From contig NIVC01001690.1 in NCBI GenBank assembly GCA_002269645.1, positions 185,368 to 249,367 of the forward strand: 64,000 nt of DNA, given 5' to 3'. The notes under the pieces are model-generated. The model had not been told where the DNA came from, searched no databases, and worked only from the letters and a program-made list of their open reading frames with translations. This DNA comes from Macrostomum lignano (lineage: Eukaryota). The position numbers and the translations under genes were made by a program. Numbering within the stretch: position 1 is the first letter of the stretch; each line of letters begins with the position of its first letter. Below are positions 17,610 to 36,258 of the stretch, piece after piece.

Positions 17610-20570
17610 TCGAAGTTGAGAATAGAAACAGAAGTTGAGAATAGAGGAAGAGGTGAGAATAGAGACAGAGGTGAGAATAGAGGAAGAGGTGAGAATAGAG
17701 ACAGAGGTGAGAATAGAGACAGAGGTGAGAATAGAGACAGAGGTGAGAATAGAGACATGGGTGAGAATAGAGACAGAAGTTGAGAATAGAGACAGATGGG
17801 AGAATAGACCCAAAGATGAGAATAGAGACTGGGGTGAGAATAGAGACATAAGTTGAGAATAGAGACAGAAGTTGAGAGTAGAGACAGAAGGTGAGAGTAG
17901 AGACAGAAGTTGAGAATAGAGACAGAGGTGAGAATAGAGACAGGGGTGAGAATAGAGACAGAAGTTGAGAGTAGAGACAGAAGGTGAGAGTAGAGACAGA
18001 AGGTGAGAGTAGAGACAGAAGGTGAGAGTAGAGACAGAAGTTGAGAGTAGAGACAGAAGGTGAGAGTAGAGACAGAAGTTGAGAATAGAGATAGAAGTTG
18101 AGAATAGAGACAGAAGTTGAGAATAGAGACAGAAGTTGAGAATAGAGACAGAAGTTGAGAATAGAGACAGAAGTTGAGAGTAGAGACAGAAGGTGAGAAT
18201 AGAGACAGAAGGTGAGAATAGAGACAGAAGGTGAGAGTAGAGACAGATGGGAGAATAGACCCTAAGATGAGAATAGAGACTGGGGTGAGAATAGAGACAT
18301 AAGTTAAGAATAGAGACAGAAGTTGAGAGTAGAGACAGAAGGTGAGAGTAGAGACAGAAGTTGAGAATAGAGACAGAGGTGAGAATAGAGACAGGGGTGA
18401 GAATAGAGACAGGGGTGTGAATAGAGACAGGGGTGAGAATAGAGACAGGGTTGAGAATAGAGACAGAATGTGAGAGTAAAGACAGAAGGTGAGAGTAGAG
18501 ACAGAAGGTGAGAGTAGAGACAGAAGGTGAGAGTAGAGACAGAAGTTGAGAGTAGAGACAGAAGGTGAGAGTAGAGACAGAAGTTGAGAGTAGAGACAGA
18601 AGGTGAGAATACAGACAGAAGGTGAGAATAGAGACAGAAGTTGAGAATAGAGACAGAAATTGAGAGTAGAGACAGAAGGTGAGAGTAGAGACAGAAGGTG
18701 AGAATACAGACAGAAGGTGAGAGTAGAGACAGAAGTTGAGAATAGAGACAGAAGTTGAGAGTAGAGACAGAAGGTGAGAGTAGAGACAGGGGTGAGAATA
18801 GAGACAGGGGTGTGAATAGAGACAGGGGTGAGAATAGAGACAGGGTTGAGAATAGAGACAGAAGGTGAGAGTAAAGACAGAAGGTGAGAGTAGAGACAGA
18901 AGGTGAGAGTAGAGACAGAAGGTGAGAGTAGAGACAGAAGTTGAGAATAGAGACAGAAGTTGAGAGTAGAGACAGAAGGTGAGAGTAGAGACAGAAGGTG
19001 AGAATACAGACAGAAGGTGAGAGTAGAGACAGAAGTTGAGAGTAGAGACAGAAGGTGAGAATAGAGACAGAAGGTGAGAGTAGAGACAGAAGTTGAGAAT
19101 AGACCCAAAGGTGAGAGTAGAGACAGAAGGTGAGAATACAGACAGAAGGTGAGAGTAGAGACAGAAGTTGAGAGTAGAGACAGAAGGTGAGAATAGAGAC
19201 AGAAGGTGAGAGTAGAGACAGAAGTTGAGAATAGAGACAGAGGTGAGAGTAGAGACAGAAGGTGAGAATAGACCCAAAGGTGAGAGTAGAGACAGAAGGT
19301 GAGAATAGAGACAGAAGTTGAGAATAGAGACAGAAGTTGAGAATAGAGACAGAAGGTGAGAGTAGAGACAGGGGTGAGAATAGAGACAGGGGTGTGAATA
19401 GAGACAGGGGTGAGAATAGAGACAGGGTTGAGAATAGAGACAGAAGGTGAGAGTAAAGACAGAAGGTGAGAGTAGAGACAGAAGGTGAGAGTAGAGACAG
19501 AAGGTGAGAGTAGAGACAGAAGTTGAGAATAGAGACAGAAGTTGAGAGTAGAGACAGAAGTTGAGAGTAGAGACAGAAGGTGAGAGTAGAGACAGAAGGT
19601 GAGAATACAGACAGAAGGTGAGAGTAGAGACAGAAGTTGAGAGTAGAGACAGAAGGTGAGAATAGAGACAGAAGGTGAGAGTAGAGACAGAAGTTGAGAA
19701 TAGACCCAAAGGTGAGAGTAGAGACAGAAGGTGAGAATACAGACAGAAGGTGAGAGTAGAGACAGAAGTTGAGAGTAGAGACAGAAGGTGAGAATAGAGA
19801 CAGAAGGTGAGAGTAGAGACAGAAGTTGAGAATAGACCCAAAGGTGAGAGTAGAGACAGAAGGTGAGAATACAGACAGAAGGTGAGAGTAGAGACAGAAG
19901 GTGAGAATAGAGACAGAAGTTGAGAATAGAGACAGAAGTTGAGAATAGAGACAGAAGTTGAGAGTAGAGACAGAAGGTGAGAGTAGAGACAGAAGTTGAG
20001 AATAGATATAGAAGTTGAGAATAGAGACAGAAGTTGAGAATAGAGACAGAAGTTGAGAATAGAGACAGAAGGTGAGAGTAGAGACAGAAGGTGAGAATAC
20101 AGACAGAAGGTGAGAGTAGAGACAGAAGTTGAGAATAGAGACAGAGGTGAGAGTAGAGACAGAAGGTGAGAATAGACCCAAAGGTGAGAGTAGAGACAGA
20201 AGTTGAGAATAGAGACAGAAGTTGAGAGTAGAGACAGAAGGTGAGAATAGAGACAGAAGGTGAGAGTAGAGACAGAAGTTGAGAATCGAGACAGAAGTTG
20301 AGAGTAGAGACAGAAGGTGAGAGTAGAGACAGAAGTTGAGAATAGATATAGAAGTTGAGAATAGAGACAGAAGTTGAGAATAGAGACAGAAGTTGAGAAT
20401 AGAGACAGAAGTTGAGAATAGAGACAGAAGTTGAGAATAGAGACAGGGGTGAGAATAGAGACAGAAGGTGAGAGTAGAGACAGAAGTTGAGAATCGAGAC
20501 AGAAGTTGAGAATGGACCCAAAGGTGAGAATAGAGACAGGCAGATAGAATCGAGACCAGAGACAGCAGAG
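17610..20570. repeat. ~3-kb 18/19-nt satellite (gaga[a/g]tagagacagaag[g/t]t) with recurring variant blocks
   Basis: Direct inspection; source of the spurious 1005, 759 and 745 aa ORFs. Confidence 0.95.
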
Positions 20571-20582
20571 TGAGCAGACGCA

Positions 20583-23500
20583 TCAGAGTTTGGTGGTGCT
20601 GATCGCTTTCGTTTTGGACGAAGATTTTGCCGCCGCTTTCGACGCCGCTTTTCCGTTCGCCTTGGCGGCGACCGGCGGATCGGCTGAGGTGACGGCCATG
20701 TGCGGCAGGCTGCCAGACCGGGTCAGCTGGCCCGGATTTCTCTCGACTCTTGGCGGCTCCAAGCTGCCAGTTGTTGAAGTCCCCAACGAAGCCGTCGACT
20801 CCAACGATGCCGTAGAGGAGTGATGATGCTGCTTCTGCAGATGACGCTGCTGTAGAGTTGTCGACAAACCTAACGAAGTCGGCCGTTCGCCAGTGGAATG
20901 CTTGCCCGCCCCGCGTCTCAGCAGGGCGCCGCCGGCGGACTCAGCAGCATGCAGCCAATCAGCGCCGCGGCCTTGAAGCCGCTTGAACAGCGCCTTCCGC
21001 AGCTGCCGCTCCGTCTGCTCGGCGCTGCCGAACTTGTCGTGCGCGTGGACGCCGGTGAAATCGAATGAGCGCAGAAACTCGGCAACCTGTAAAGTTTGTT
21101 TAGAGATTGAAGTCACTTTCTTGACTGTGGTCGAACCAAATTTTGGTTGATCTAGTGTTGCATTTGGTTACCTAAGTGTCAGGAGCTCTAAATCAAGTGT
21201 CAGACCTTTTTAGTGTCAGACTGCACTAAATAAGTGTCAGACTGTACTAAATCAAATGTCAGATTATACTAAATTAAGTGTCAGATTATACTAAATCAAG
21301 TGTCAGATTATACTAAATTAAGTGTCAGATTATACTAAATTAAGTGTCAGATTATACTAAATCAAATGTCAGATTATACTAAATCAAATGTCAGATTATA
21401 CTAAATTAAGTGTCAGATTATACTAAATTAAGTGTCAGACTTTACTAAATTAAGTGTCAGACTGTACTAAATTAAGTGTCAGACTTTACTAAATTAAGTG
21501 TCAGACTGTACTAAATTAAGTGTCAGACTGCAATAAATTAAGTGTCAGATTATAATAAATTAGGTGTCAGATTATACTAAACTAAGTGTCAGACTGTACT
21601 AAAGTAAGTGTCAGACTGTGCTAAATTAAATGTCAGACTGTACTATATTAAGTGTCAGACTTTACTAATTTAGGTGTCAGATTAAACTTAATTGTGAGTC
21701 AAAAGCTCAAATGTGTCAAAAGGCATAAATTTACTGTCAGGAGTTTCTAATATCTGATTTTCTGAAGCTCTCTAATCGTCACAAATGCTTTTCCTCTACT
21801 GCAAGTAGTGCTATTCAGGATTGTGTTTTTCAAATGCTCCGACTTCTCTTATTACAGCAAGAAAATGCTTTTCCCCTACTACGAGTAGTGCAATACAGAC
21901 CTGCGCTTCCTCGGCCTCGCCGCTGTCCGTCAATCCACCGGGGAAGATGCTGTCCTCGGCTCCGCCGATTTTCACTGATGCCTTCAGATTGGAGTTAAGA
22001 ATGTCGGACATGGGGATGTCGGCCTTGTCCTTGCCCATCGGGTTCAGGAGGCACATCCCAATTTTGAACCAGCCTGGGAAAGCAGTTTTTGCTCCTGAGA
22101 TTACTGACAGAAAATCTTACAACTATTACAGGTTCTTTACGAATTACGGATTACGGTTTACGGATTTTTAATGTTTCTCTATCCTCGATGCTCTCCGAAC
22201 AACATTTCTCCTGAATCTCAATTTTCAAAATCCGAGCCTTCTTAGAATCCCAGTATTTCCAAAATCCCAATATTCCCAAAATCCTAATATTCCCAAATCC
22301 CAACATTCCCAAAATCCCAATATTCTCAAATCTCAAATCTATACCTGTCCAAATCCCAACCTACTCAAATCCCTTATAAACTCCAAATTACCGAAACTTG
22401 AACCTTTTGCTCACCCAGGTAGAAGATGAACTCCAGACTGCCAATAACTGGCAGGTAGGAAAGCAGATTGAGGCCCAAGGTCCTTGTCACAGTGCCATTC
22501 CTGGACGGGAAGTTTTCCAGCAGCAGGATGTCCGAGTCAACCAGTTGGGTGGAGATCAGGGTGGAGGCTAGGAACAGGTAGACTGCAGTCACGGCCACCT
22601 GGGTGTACACCAGCGGGATGTTGAACTCGGTGTACATCCACACCGTGCCGAGGTCGCCGCGAAAATTATTGATGATGTTCACTAGGAAGAGGTACTGCCG
22701 CTCGTCAGCGATGCAGCCTGGAGTTTTGGGAATTGAATCAATTTCAGCCTTGACCCGATATGACCTTGACCCGATGACTATATGACCTGTTGTGCCCTTG
22801 AACCCGTGTGACCTTGACCCGATATGACCTTGACCCGATGACTATATGATCCGTTGTGCCCTTGAACCCGTGTGACCTTAACCTGACGTGACTATAACCC
22901 AATGTGACCTTGACCTGATGGGACTATAACCCGATGTGACCTTGACCTGACGGGACTATAACCCGATGTGACCTTGACCTGATGGGACTGTAACCCGATG
23001 TGACATTGACCTGATGGGACTATAACCCGATGTGACCTTGACCCGACGTGACTATAACCCGATGTGACCTTGACCTGATGGGACTATAACCCGATGTGAC
23101 CTTGACCTGATGGGACTATAACCCGATGTGACCTTGACCTGATGGGACTGTAACCCGATGTGACATTGACCTGATGGGACTATAATCCGATGTTACCTTG
23201 ACTCGACGTGACTATAACCCGATGTGACCTTGACCTGATGGGACTATAACCCGATGTGACCTTGACCTGATGGGACTATAACCCGATGTGACCTTGACCT
23301 GATGGGACTATAACCCGATGTGACCTTGACATATAAGACTATAACTCAATGTGACCTTGACCCGACGTGAATACGACGTGACCTTGGCCTAATGCGACCT
23401 TAATCAGACTTGGGCTCGACCCGATTCGAAGCAGACCTAAAAAATCCTATTTAGCTCGTACAACTAAAAAGCCTAAGACTCAAACATTTGTTTGACCAAA

Positions 23501-24581
23501 TTTTGATCCGAATTCGAATTAAACTTCTAAATTAAAATTCTCACCCAAATTTTTGGCCCTACGAATAAGCCGGGTCGCCCACATGAGCGGCAGCCAATAC
23601 TCGGGATCGTAGCTGTGGTCATTGTCGTTGGACAGCTCCGCAGACTTGGCAAACGCCTGCATCTCCTTATCGGTGACCAGCTGGCCAAAGTACTTCTGCA
23701 CTTTACTGTCCGAGTTGATCAGCTGGAGCCGGCGCTGCCAGGTGAGCTGAAACTTTCTCCATTTCGGTTGCCAGTAGCCGAACCGCTCTTTGATGTGCAG
23801 CGACACGCCGGCCATCATGAGGATCCAGGCCAGGTTCAGGTATCTCAGCACGGTGATTCGAAGTTTCCTGGCCAAATCGCTGCGACTCGTCTTCGGACTG
23901 TCGACCAGAGCTTGGCAGTAGAAAGAGGAGGAGTGAAGCCACGGAATCGAAGTGCAGACGCTCCACCAGCTGCGATCAAATATTCGATATTCGGTTGAGG
24001 CTTAGAATTCTAGTTTGACTCGACACCGTTCCATCACCTGACCCATATCGTCACCTGACCCGTTTCATCACCTAACCCGTTTCATCCCCTGACCAGTTTC
24101 ACCATCTGACCCATTTAGTTACTGACCCATTTCGTCGCCTGACCCATTTCGTCACCTGACCCATTTCGTTACGTGACCCATTTCGTCACCTGAACCATTT
24201 CGTCACCTGACCCATTTCGTCACCTGACCCATTTCGCCACCTGACCCATTTGATTATCTCGTTCTATCAATTTTATCTCGTGACCAATATTGACACTGAC
24301 CGACCGAACACGGCGGACACAAAGAAGCCCAACATGAAGGACAGTGGCACAGAGGTGCGAATCGCTTTCAACCAGGCCACGGTAACCTCGAATGTGGCCT
24401 TGAGTTCGGCGTGAGTGTACAGCAGGTTGAAGTAGAGCACAGCCAGGCCCACGTACATTAGCGTGAAGATGAGGTAGTCAATCCAAAGCAACTGCCACAC
24501 GCTACCAGCCCAGCGGAACAGGAGGCGAACAAAGAACAGCCGGTCATCGGTGTAGATCTGGGATGCGTAGCTCACAGCCAT
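20583..24581 (-). CDS. Bestrophin (Ca2+-activated anion channel family), paralog A, 5 exons
   Basis: Exons 24581-24301, 23969-23545, 22717-22415, 22073-21901, 21086-20583 (GT-AG, phases 2,1,1,0). Motifs: LLFRWAGSVW, VPLSFMLGFFV..RWW, RYLNL, YWLP..W, IPLVYTQV, FYLGWFKI..NPMG. Confidence 0.92.
21170..21690. repeat. Intronic 22-nt minisatellite (aaattaagtgtcagattatact)
   Basis: Direct inspection. Confidence 0.9.
22750..23400. repeat. Intronic 32-nt minisatellite (gtgaccttgacctgatgggactataacccgat)
   Basis: Direct inspection. Confidence 0.9.
24030..24250. repeat. Intronic 17-nt minisatellite (cccatttcgtcacctga)
   Basis: Direct inspection. Confidence 0.85.
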
Positions 24582-24828
24582 GGCCTCAAACCACTTGGAA
24601 TTATAACTCGAATCAGCTTCAAACTCGGTGCACGCCCTCGTCGAGTTTGCGTGCTTTTTTACCAGCCAAATTGAAGCCTTATCGCTCAAAGTCTACGCTG
24701 AAAAAAATTATAACCAATGCTGCCGTCACTAGTTTTGGTAAACTTTTTTACTTTCTGGCATGTTTTTTGGCCTCAACCTTTCTCTTATCGGAAGACTGTG
24801 GAGCGTAGTAGTGACACTACCAGACCCC

Positions 24829-25563
24829 TCATTTTTTAAGATAGGTGCGCCATTTCATTTCTTTCCAAATTTTTTTCTTCACAGAAAATAGTTCTCGAAC
24901 CTGAATGAACACGCTGTTTTGGGGTCGTAAAGGTCTACTGAGCTCGGACATTGATCCTGACACGGTGCTCAAAGCTGAGCGATTATGGTTTCGGCACAAT
25001 GCATGCAGATAGCTTGTCTGCATGACAGTTCTAACAGACATTCTGCGCTCTGCGTGTGACTCGCCTTTACACAAAAACATAGCGACGTAACTAAATGACA
25101 CCCTAAAGTCCGCGGCGACCTTTAAACAGAGCTTCGAAGGAAGCACGCATAAAAAATGAAAAACAGCAACGGTGCGGTCAGACAGGGCCTCGGAATGCAG
25201 GACTGTCCTCACAGAACAAAATGTGGCGCAGGTAAGCCCGCGGCCAACATTGCCACATCGTTGGTAGAACCAGACTGCTGACATCGAGTAGTTCCATCGC
25301 CTGTCGCTTGTCAGAGAATCGCAGTCTCGATACCATTCGGCACGCAGAGCACGATGGTCTTCCGCGTGTTGATTGATCCACAAGGCCGAAAATCGCCGCA
25401 ACAGCAACCAGCGTGTCCAGTTGTCACTGGGAGCGGTGGAGCAAAGCACACTGACCGTCTCTCTGTTTGGCGTCGACCCAGGCGTCGCCCCAGCAGAAGC
25501 CGTCATCGTTGGTAGGAACAAACACTGTTCAGCACCCAGCCAACTGCCGGAACAAACAAACAC
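24829..25563 (-). CDS. Hypothetical protein, intronless, up to 244 aa (first ATG gives ~224 aa); no recognised domain
   Basis: Long non-repetitive, mixed-complexity ORF in unique sequence; no family motif recognised. Confidence 0.35.
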   Translation of the reverse strand: MFVCSGSWLGAEQCLFLPTMTASAGATPGSTPNRETVSVLCSTAPSDNWTRWLLLRRFSALWINQHAEDHRALRAEWYRDCDSLTSDRRWNYSMSAVWFYQRCGNVGRGLTCATFCSVRTVLHSEALSDRTVAVFHFLCVLPSKLCLKVAADFRVSFSYVAMFLCKGESHAERRMSVRTVMQTSYLHALCRNHNRSALSTVSGSMSELSRPLRPQNSVFIQVRELFSVKKKIWKEMKWRTYLKK

Positions 25564-26365
25564 CCCAACGGAGCAAACGTGGCTCCCAGGAGCACCTTAG
25601 AGGATGTTTAAAAGAAGTCTGATTAGGCCGTTGTTGACGCAGCAGCTTTTTGCGTTAAACAGTGCCATTGCAGCCTCAAAAAACGGTAAAATCCTCAGTA
25701 ACTAATCAGCGCATCAAGACAGCGTCTCAAGAATACGGTGCATTAAAGGTGCCAAGAAAGAATAAATACATGCACCTCTCTGAAGTTCTATTAACATTTT
25801 TTCAAACTTATTTTAAACCCTTGTCCAGAAAACCAACAATTGAAATGTTGATGTTTAACTCAGAATTATTCAGCAAGTTTCTAACGAAAAAGTGAATTAA
25901 GCCATAGCCAACGACAAATCCACTATGGAAACGTGGCTTCACAAACCCTCTGCACAAAATAGGAATTGTGCCACGCGCTGCCCCAGGGGATTAAGTGAAC
26001 TCTGCCTATAATCCTTCAGCTAGAACTAGGCGCAAGAACAGGTTTGCTCACAATGGAATCTCTCAGAGGATCACGATTATGAGTAAAGACAGCAGATGGC
26101 TTCTGTCGCTGGCTTAGCTGACGTGGCAAACAGCAGATGTTGCAGCTCTATCTATGATCTGCAGCCAGACTAACCAACAACAACAAGCAAACAAGTTGAA
26201 GAACCAAATCTCGCTTTGAGGACACGTGGCAGAGCTCTGGGATTAAGCCACCCGTCTCTCTAACTGTGCATAAAAGCTGCGCCTGACTACGCAAATCTGA
26301 AGATTCCTCGCTGCGAACTGATTCTACTTGTCCCGATCAACTTCTCAACTAGCATTGCAGTAGCC

Positions 26366-27082
26366 ATGGCAAAGTTCTGCGACGCCCTCTTCGCCCTGAT
26401 TCTGGTGACTTTTGCTGCCGCCGTTGCCGCCTCTGTCTCCTCTGAAGATTCCGACGAGGTTGCCAAGCCGAAGTACACGGTCACCGAGGAGGTCTGGTTC
26501 GAGATCGAGATCAAAGACCTCGACGGGCCCGGCGACGACTTTACTGGCCGGTTCACCGTCGCCGTGTTCGGCGAGGACGCCCCCGCTACGTCGATGAACT
26601 TCGCGTCACTGGCCCGCGGCTGGAAGTCCGCCAAAGGCGACGTGCTGCACTACAAGAACACCCCGGTGCATCGCGTTGTGCCGGACTTCGTCGTTCAGAT
26701 GGGCGACGTGGTGCGCAAGGACGGCACCGGCGGAGCCAGCATCTTCGGCAAGGCATTCAACGATGAGCCCTTTATCCTGTCGCACCGCAGCGCCGGCTGG
26801 GTTGCCATGGCCAACCACGGCCCGGACACCAACGGCTCGCAGTTCTACATCACCCTGACCAAAGCTCGCTGGCTCGACAAGCATCACGTAGTGTTCGGCA
26901 AAGTCGTCCGCGGCTTCGACGTGGTCAACACGATCGGCGAGGTGCCAACGAATCCGTCGAATGCGCAGCCGAAGAAGCGAGTCCGCATCATGGACTGCGG
27001 CGTGGTCGGCATCAAGAAGCCGTACACGCTGAGCAAATCCGACCTGGACTCGACGGCCGATCTGGTCAAGTCCGAGCTGTGA
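26366..27082 (+). CDS. PPIB: Peptidyl-prolyl cis-trans isomerase B-type (ER cyclophilin), intronless, 238 aa
   Basis: Signal peptide; VT.EVWFEI, HRVVPDFVVQ.GD, GTGGASIFG..F.DE, MANHGPDTNGSQFYIT, WLD.HHVVFGKV; C-terminal KSEL (KDEL-like); AATAAA at 27200. Confidence 0.95.
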   Translation: MAKFCDALFALILVTFAAAVAASVSSEDSDEVAKPKYTVTEEVWFEIEIKDLDGPGDDFTGRFTVAVFGEDAPATSMNFASLARGWKSAKGDVLHYKNTPVHRVVPDFVVQMGDVVRKDGTGGASIFGKAFNDEPFILSHRSAGWVAMANHGPDTNGSQFYITLTKARWLDKHHVVFGKVVRGFDVVNTIGEVPTNPSNAQPKKRVRIMDCGVVGIKKPYTLSKSDLDSTADLVKSEL

Positions 27083-28009
27083 GCGCTGCACCAGTGCCAA
27101 ACAATGAAAAACTTGCTTCTGATTTGATAATTAACGCATTGTATCTAAATATGGTTAGCTATTAATTATTAAATAGCTGCGGTACTTATAAGTTGGCTGA
27201 ATAAAAATAAATATAATAAATTTGATGCTTTGACTACCAGCGTAAACACCATGGGGGCTCCTCTCGCGGATGCCATTAGCTAGTTATAAGTTGACAAGTA
27301 TTTGATGCTGGCGCTCCTTGGTGCTGCTATAACTGCTATACTTATAATGTAACTTTCTAATCTAATACATAAAGACCCCCATTCAGACATTTACTCAAAA
27401 TCAATGCTTAGTACGCACCAGCACAATAGGGACAGAAACTCCCCCACACAATAATAAAAATAATCAGATTTTCTATGAAAGCCCAATCAGATTTGATAAA
27501 AATTGCGACAATTACAGACAATTGGCAAGCGCTTAAAAGTCTATTGTTACTGTCATCACGAATTTTTAGTAGTCTGTTCCATCTAGCAACGCCAACGCAA
27601 ATTGCTGCTGAAGGTGGATTAAAATGGGCATCCTTTTATAAACTTAACAAATACTCGTATAATGATAACAAAATTTAATTGTCAAGAGACAGCTCGAATT
27701 TACTAATTTGAATACTAATTAGACGGCAGCCAGTCAGTAGTGTGGTGCAGATATATGCAAAAATGGATATGATTTTCTGAGCTAAAGTAAGAACTATTCC
27801 CAATAGATCAAGGAGAGAGTCAGGTTGTACAGCCGATATGTATCGAAAATTACAGGAAATTATATGATATCAGTCGCTTCTATTACGGTTACTAAACACA
27901 CAAACACATATTCGAGCTGGGTGTTGAAAATTACAATTCACTTGCAGTAGCACGCAAAATATCAAAATTTATAGAGAAAAACATTCACAACCCACCTCTA
28001 CTACTAGCA

Positions 28010-28730
28010 ACACAGCCGATATGTATCGAGAATTTTGATATTAACAGTTAGCTTGAACTGTCGATAACACCCGATATGTATCGATAATTTAATATTAACA
28101 GTTAGCTTGAACTGTCGATAACACCCGATATGTATCGATAATTTAATATTAACAGTTAGCTTGAACTGTCGATAACACCCGATATGTATCGATAATTTAA
28201 TATTAACAGTTAGCTTGAACTGTCGATAACACTCGATATGTATCGATAATTTAATATTAACAGTTAGCTTGCATTGTCGATAACACCCGATATGTATCGA
28301 TAATTTAATATTAACAGTTAGCTTGAACTGTCGATAACACTCGATATGTATCGATAATTTAATATTAACAGTTAGCTTGCATTGTCGATAACACCCGATA
28401 TGTATCGATAATTTAATATTAACAGTTAGCTTGAACTGACGATAACACTCGATATGTATCGATAATTTAATATTAACAGTTAGCTTGCATTGTCGATAAT
28501 ACCCGATATGTATCGATAATTTAATATTAACAGTTAGCTTGAACTGTCGATAATACCCGATATGTATCGATAATTTAATATTAACAGTTAGCTTGAACTG
28601 TCGATAACACTCGATATGCATCGAAAATTTAATATTAACAGTTAGCTTGCATTGTCGATAATACCCGATATTTATCGAAAATTTTGTGTTAAAGTGAGCT
28701 TGCACTACCGTTAATACCCGATATGTACCG
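28010..28730. repeat. 54-nt AT-rich satellite, ~13 copies
   Basis: Unit gatatgtatcgataatttaatattaacagttagcttgaactgtcgataacaccc; 18-aa periodicity of the overlapping ORF. Confidence 0.95.
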
Positions 28731-28770
28731 AAATGTTGGTTTAAACACAGCAAAACTACGCACAACACAG

Positions 28771-35440
<6,670 letters not shown>

Positions 35441-36258
35441 GATGGTCGCTAACCGACAACCGTTGCTTTGCTAATAAACAATTTCTTGCTGGCTTGTTTG
35501 TTTGAGGAACCTTTTTGTTTAACGGCGACGTACTGCTACCGCAACTCTGGCTTGCCCCCCTTAGCGCGCCAAGGTCAATCGGAAAATTCCACTGAGCTTC
35601 TTTCTATATAACATGCAGCGCAGGGTAAGGGGAAAGGAAAAGGGAAATGAAGAGCTGGGAGAGGCTAGAGCTGAAATGTACACTCGGGACCGTACATGGA
35701 TGAAAACGGTGGGGGGGCTAGGTTAAGGGTGGGGCTTTGAGAGTGAGAATAGACAGTATAGACTGCTACTTTAGACTAGAAGGCGGGATCAATGTACACT
35801 GAACGGAGCTAGACCGGAGCGGCGGGTCGGGTGACGGGTCAGGAGGGGAGGGCAAGCAAACGACAACAACAGCATACTCAAGTGCGGGCGTGAGTAGATG
35901 AGAAATGCAATTGCAGTTGCAATTATGAAAATTGGACATGCATTGTACTGGCCACTATTGTGTTATCGACTCGCTCAGCAGAAAGCTTGTTGGCTGACTC
36001 AGGCTGAGTGGTTGATGCTTTCTATACGAGTCGCCAAGCCCTTGAAGTGCAACTGCTACTTTGCAAGTAAAAGATCGAAGAATCCTATCCTAATCTTTCC
36101 AAACAAAGCTATATGCAGCATGCCATATTTAAACGCCACCGAATCCTTACTACAGTTATCATCAATTTATTAGCATTAACATGTTCCTCTTAGGACTTCA
36201 TCCATAATCCAGTAGCCTATCTAGGGAGGGGGGTGTATCCACCCCCATTTCGCTGACA

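Noticed and set aside
17504-20583. 1005, 759 and 745 aa ORFs
   Set aside because: Translations of the 18/19-nt satellite, open in several frames, with no domain content
26606-27100. 164-aa antisense ORF over cyclophilin, and similar antisense ORFs over Kir, GPCR and pol
   Set aside because: Shadow ORFs caused by GC3-rich codon usage on the coding strand
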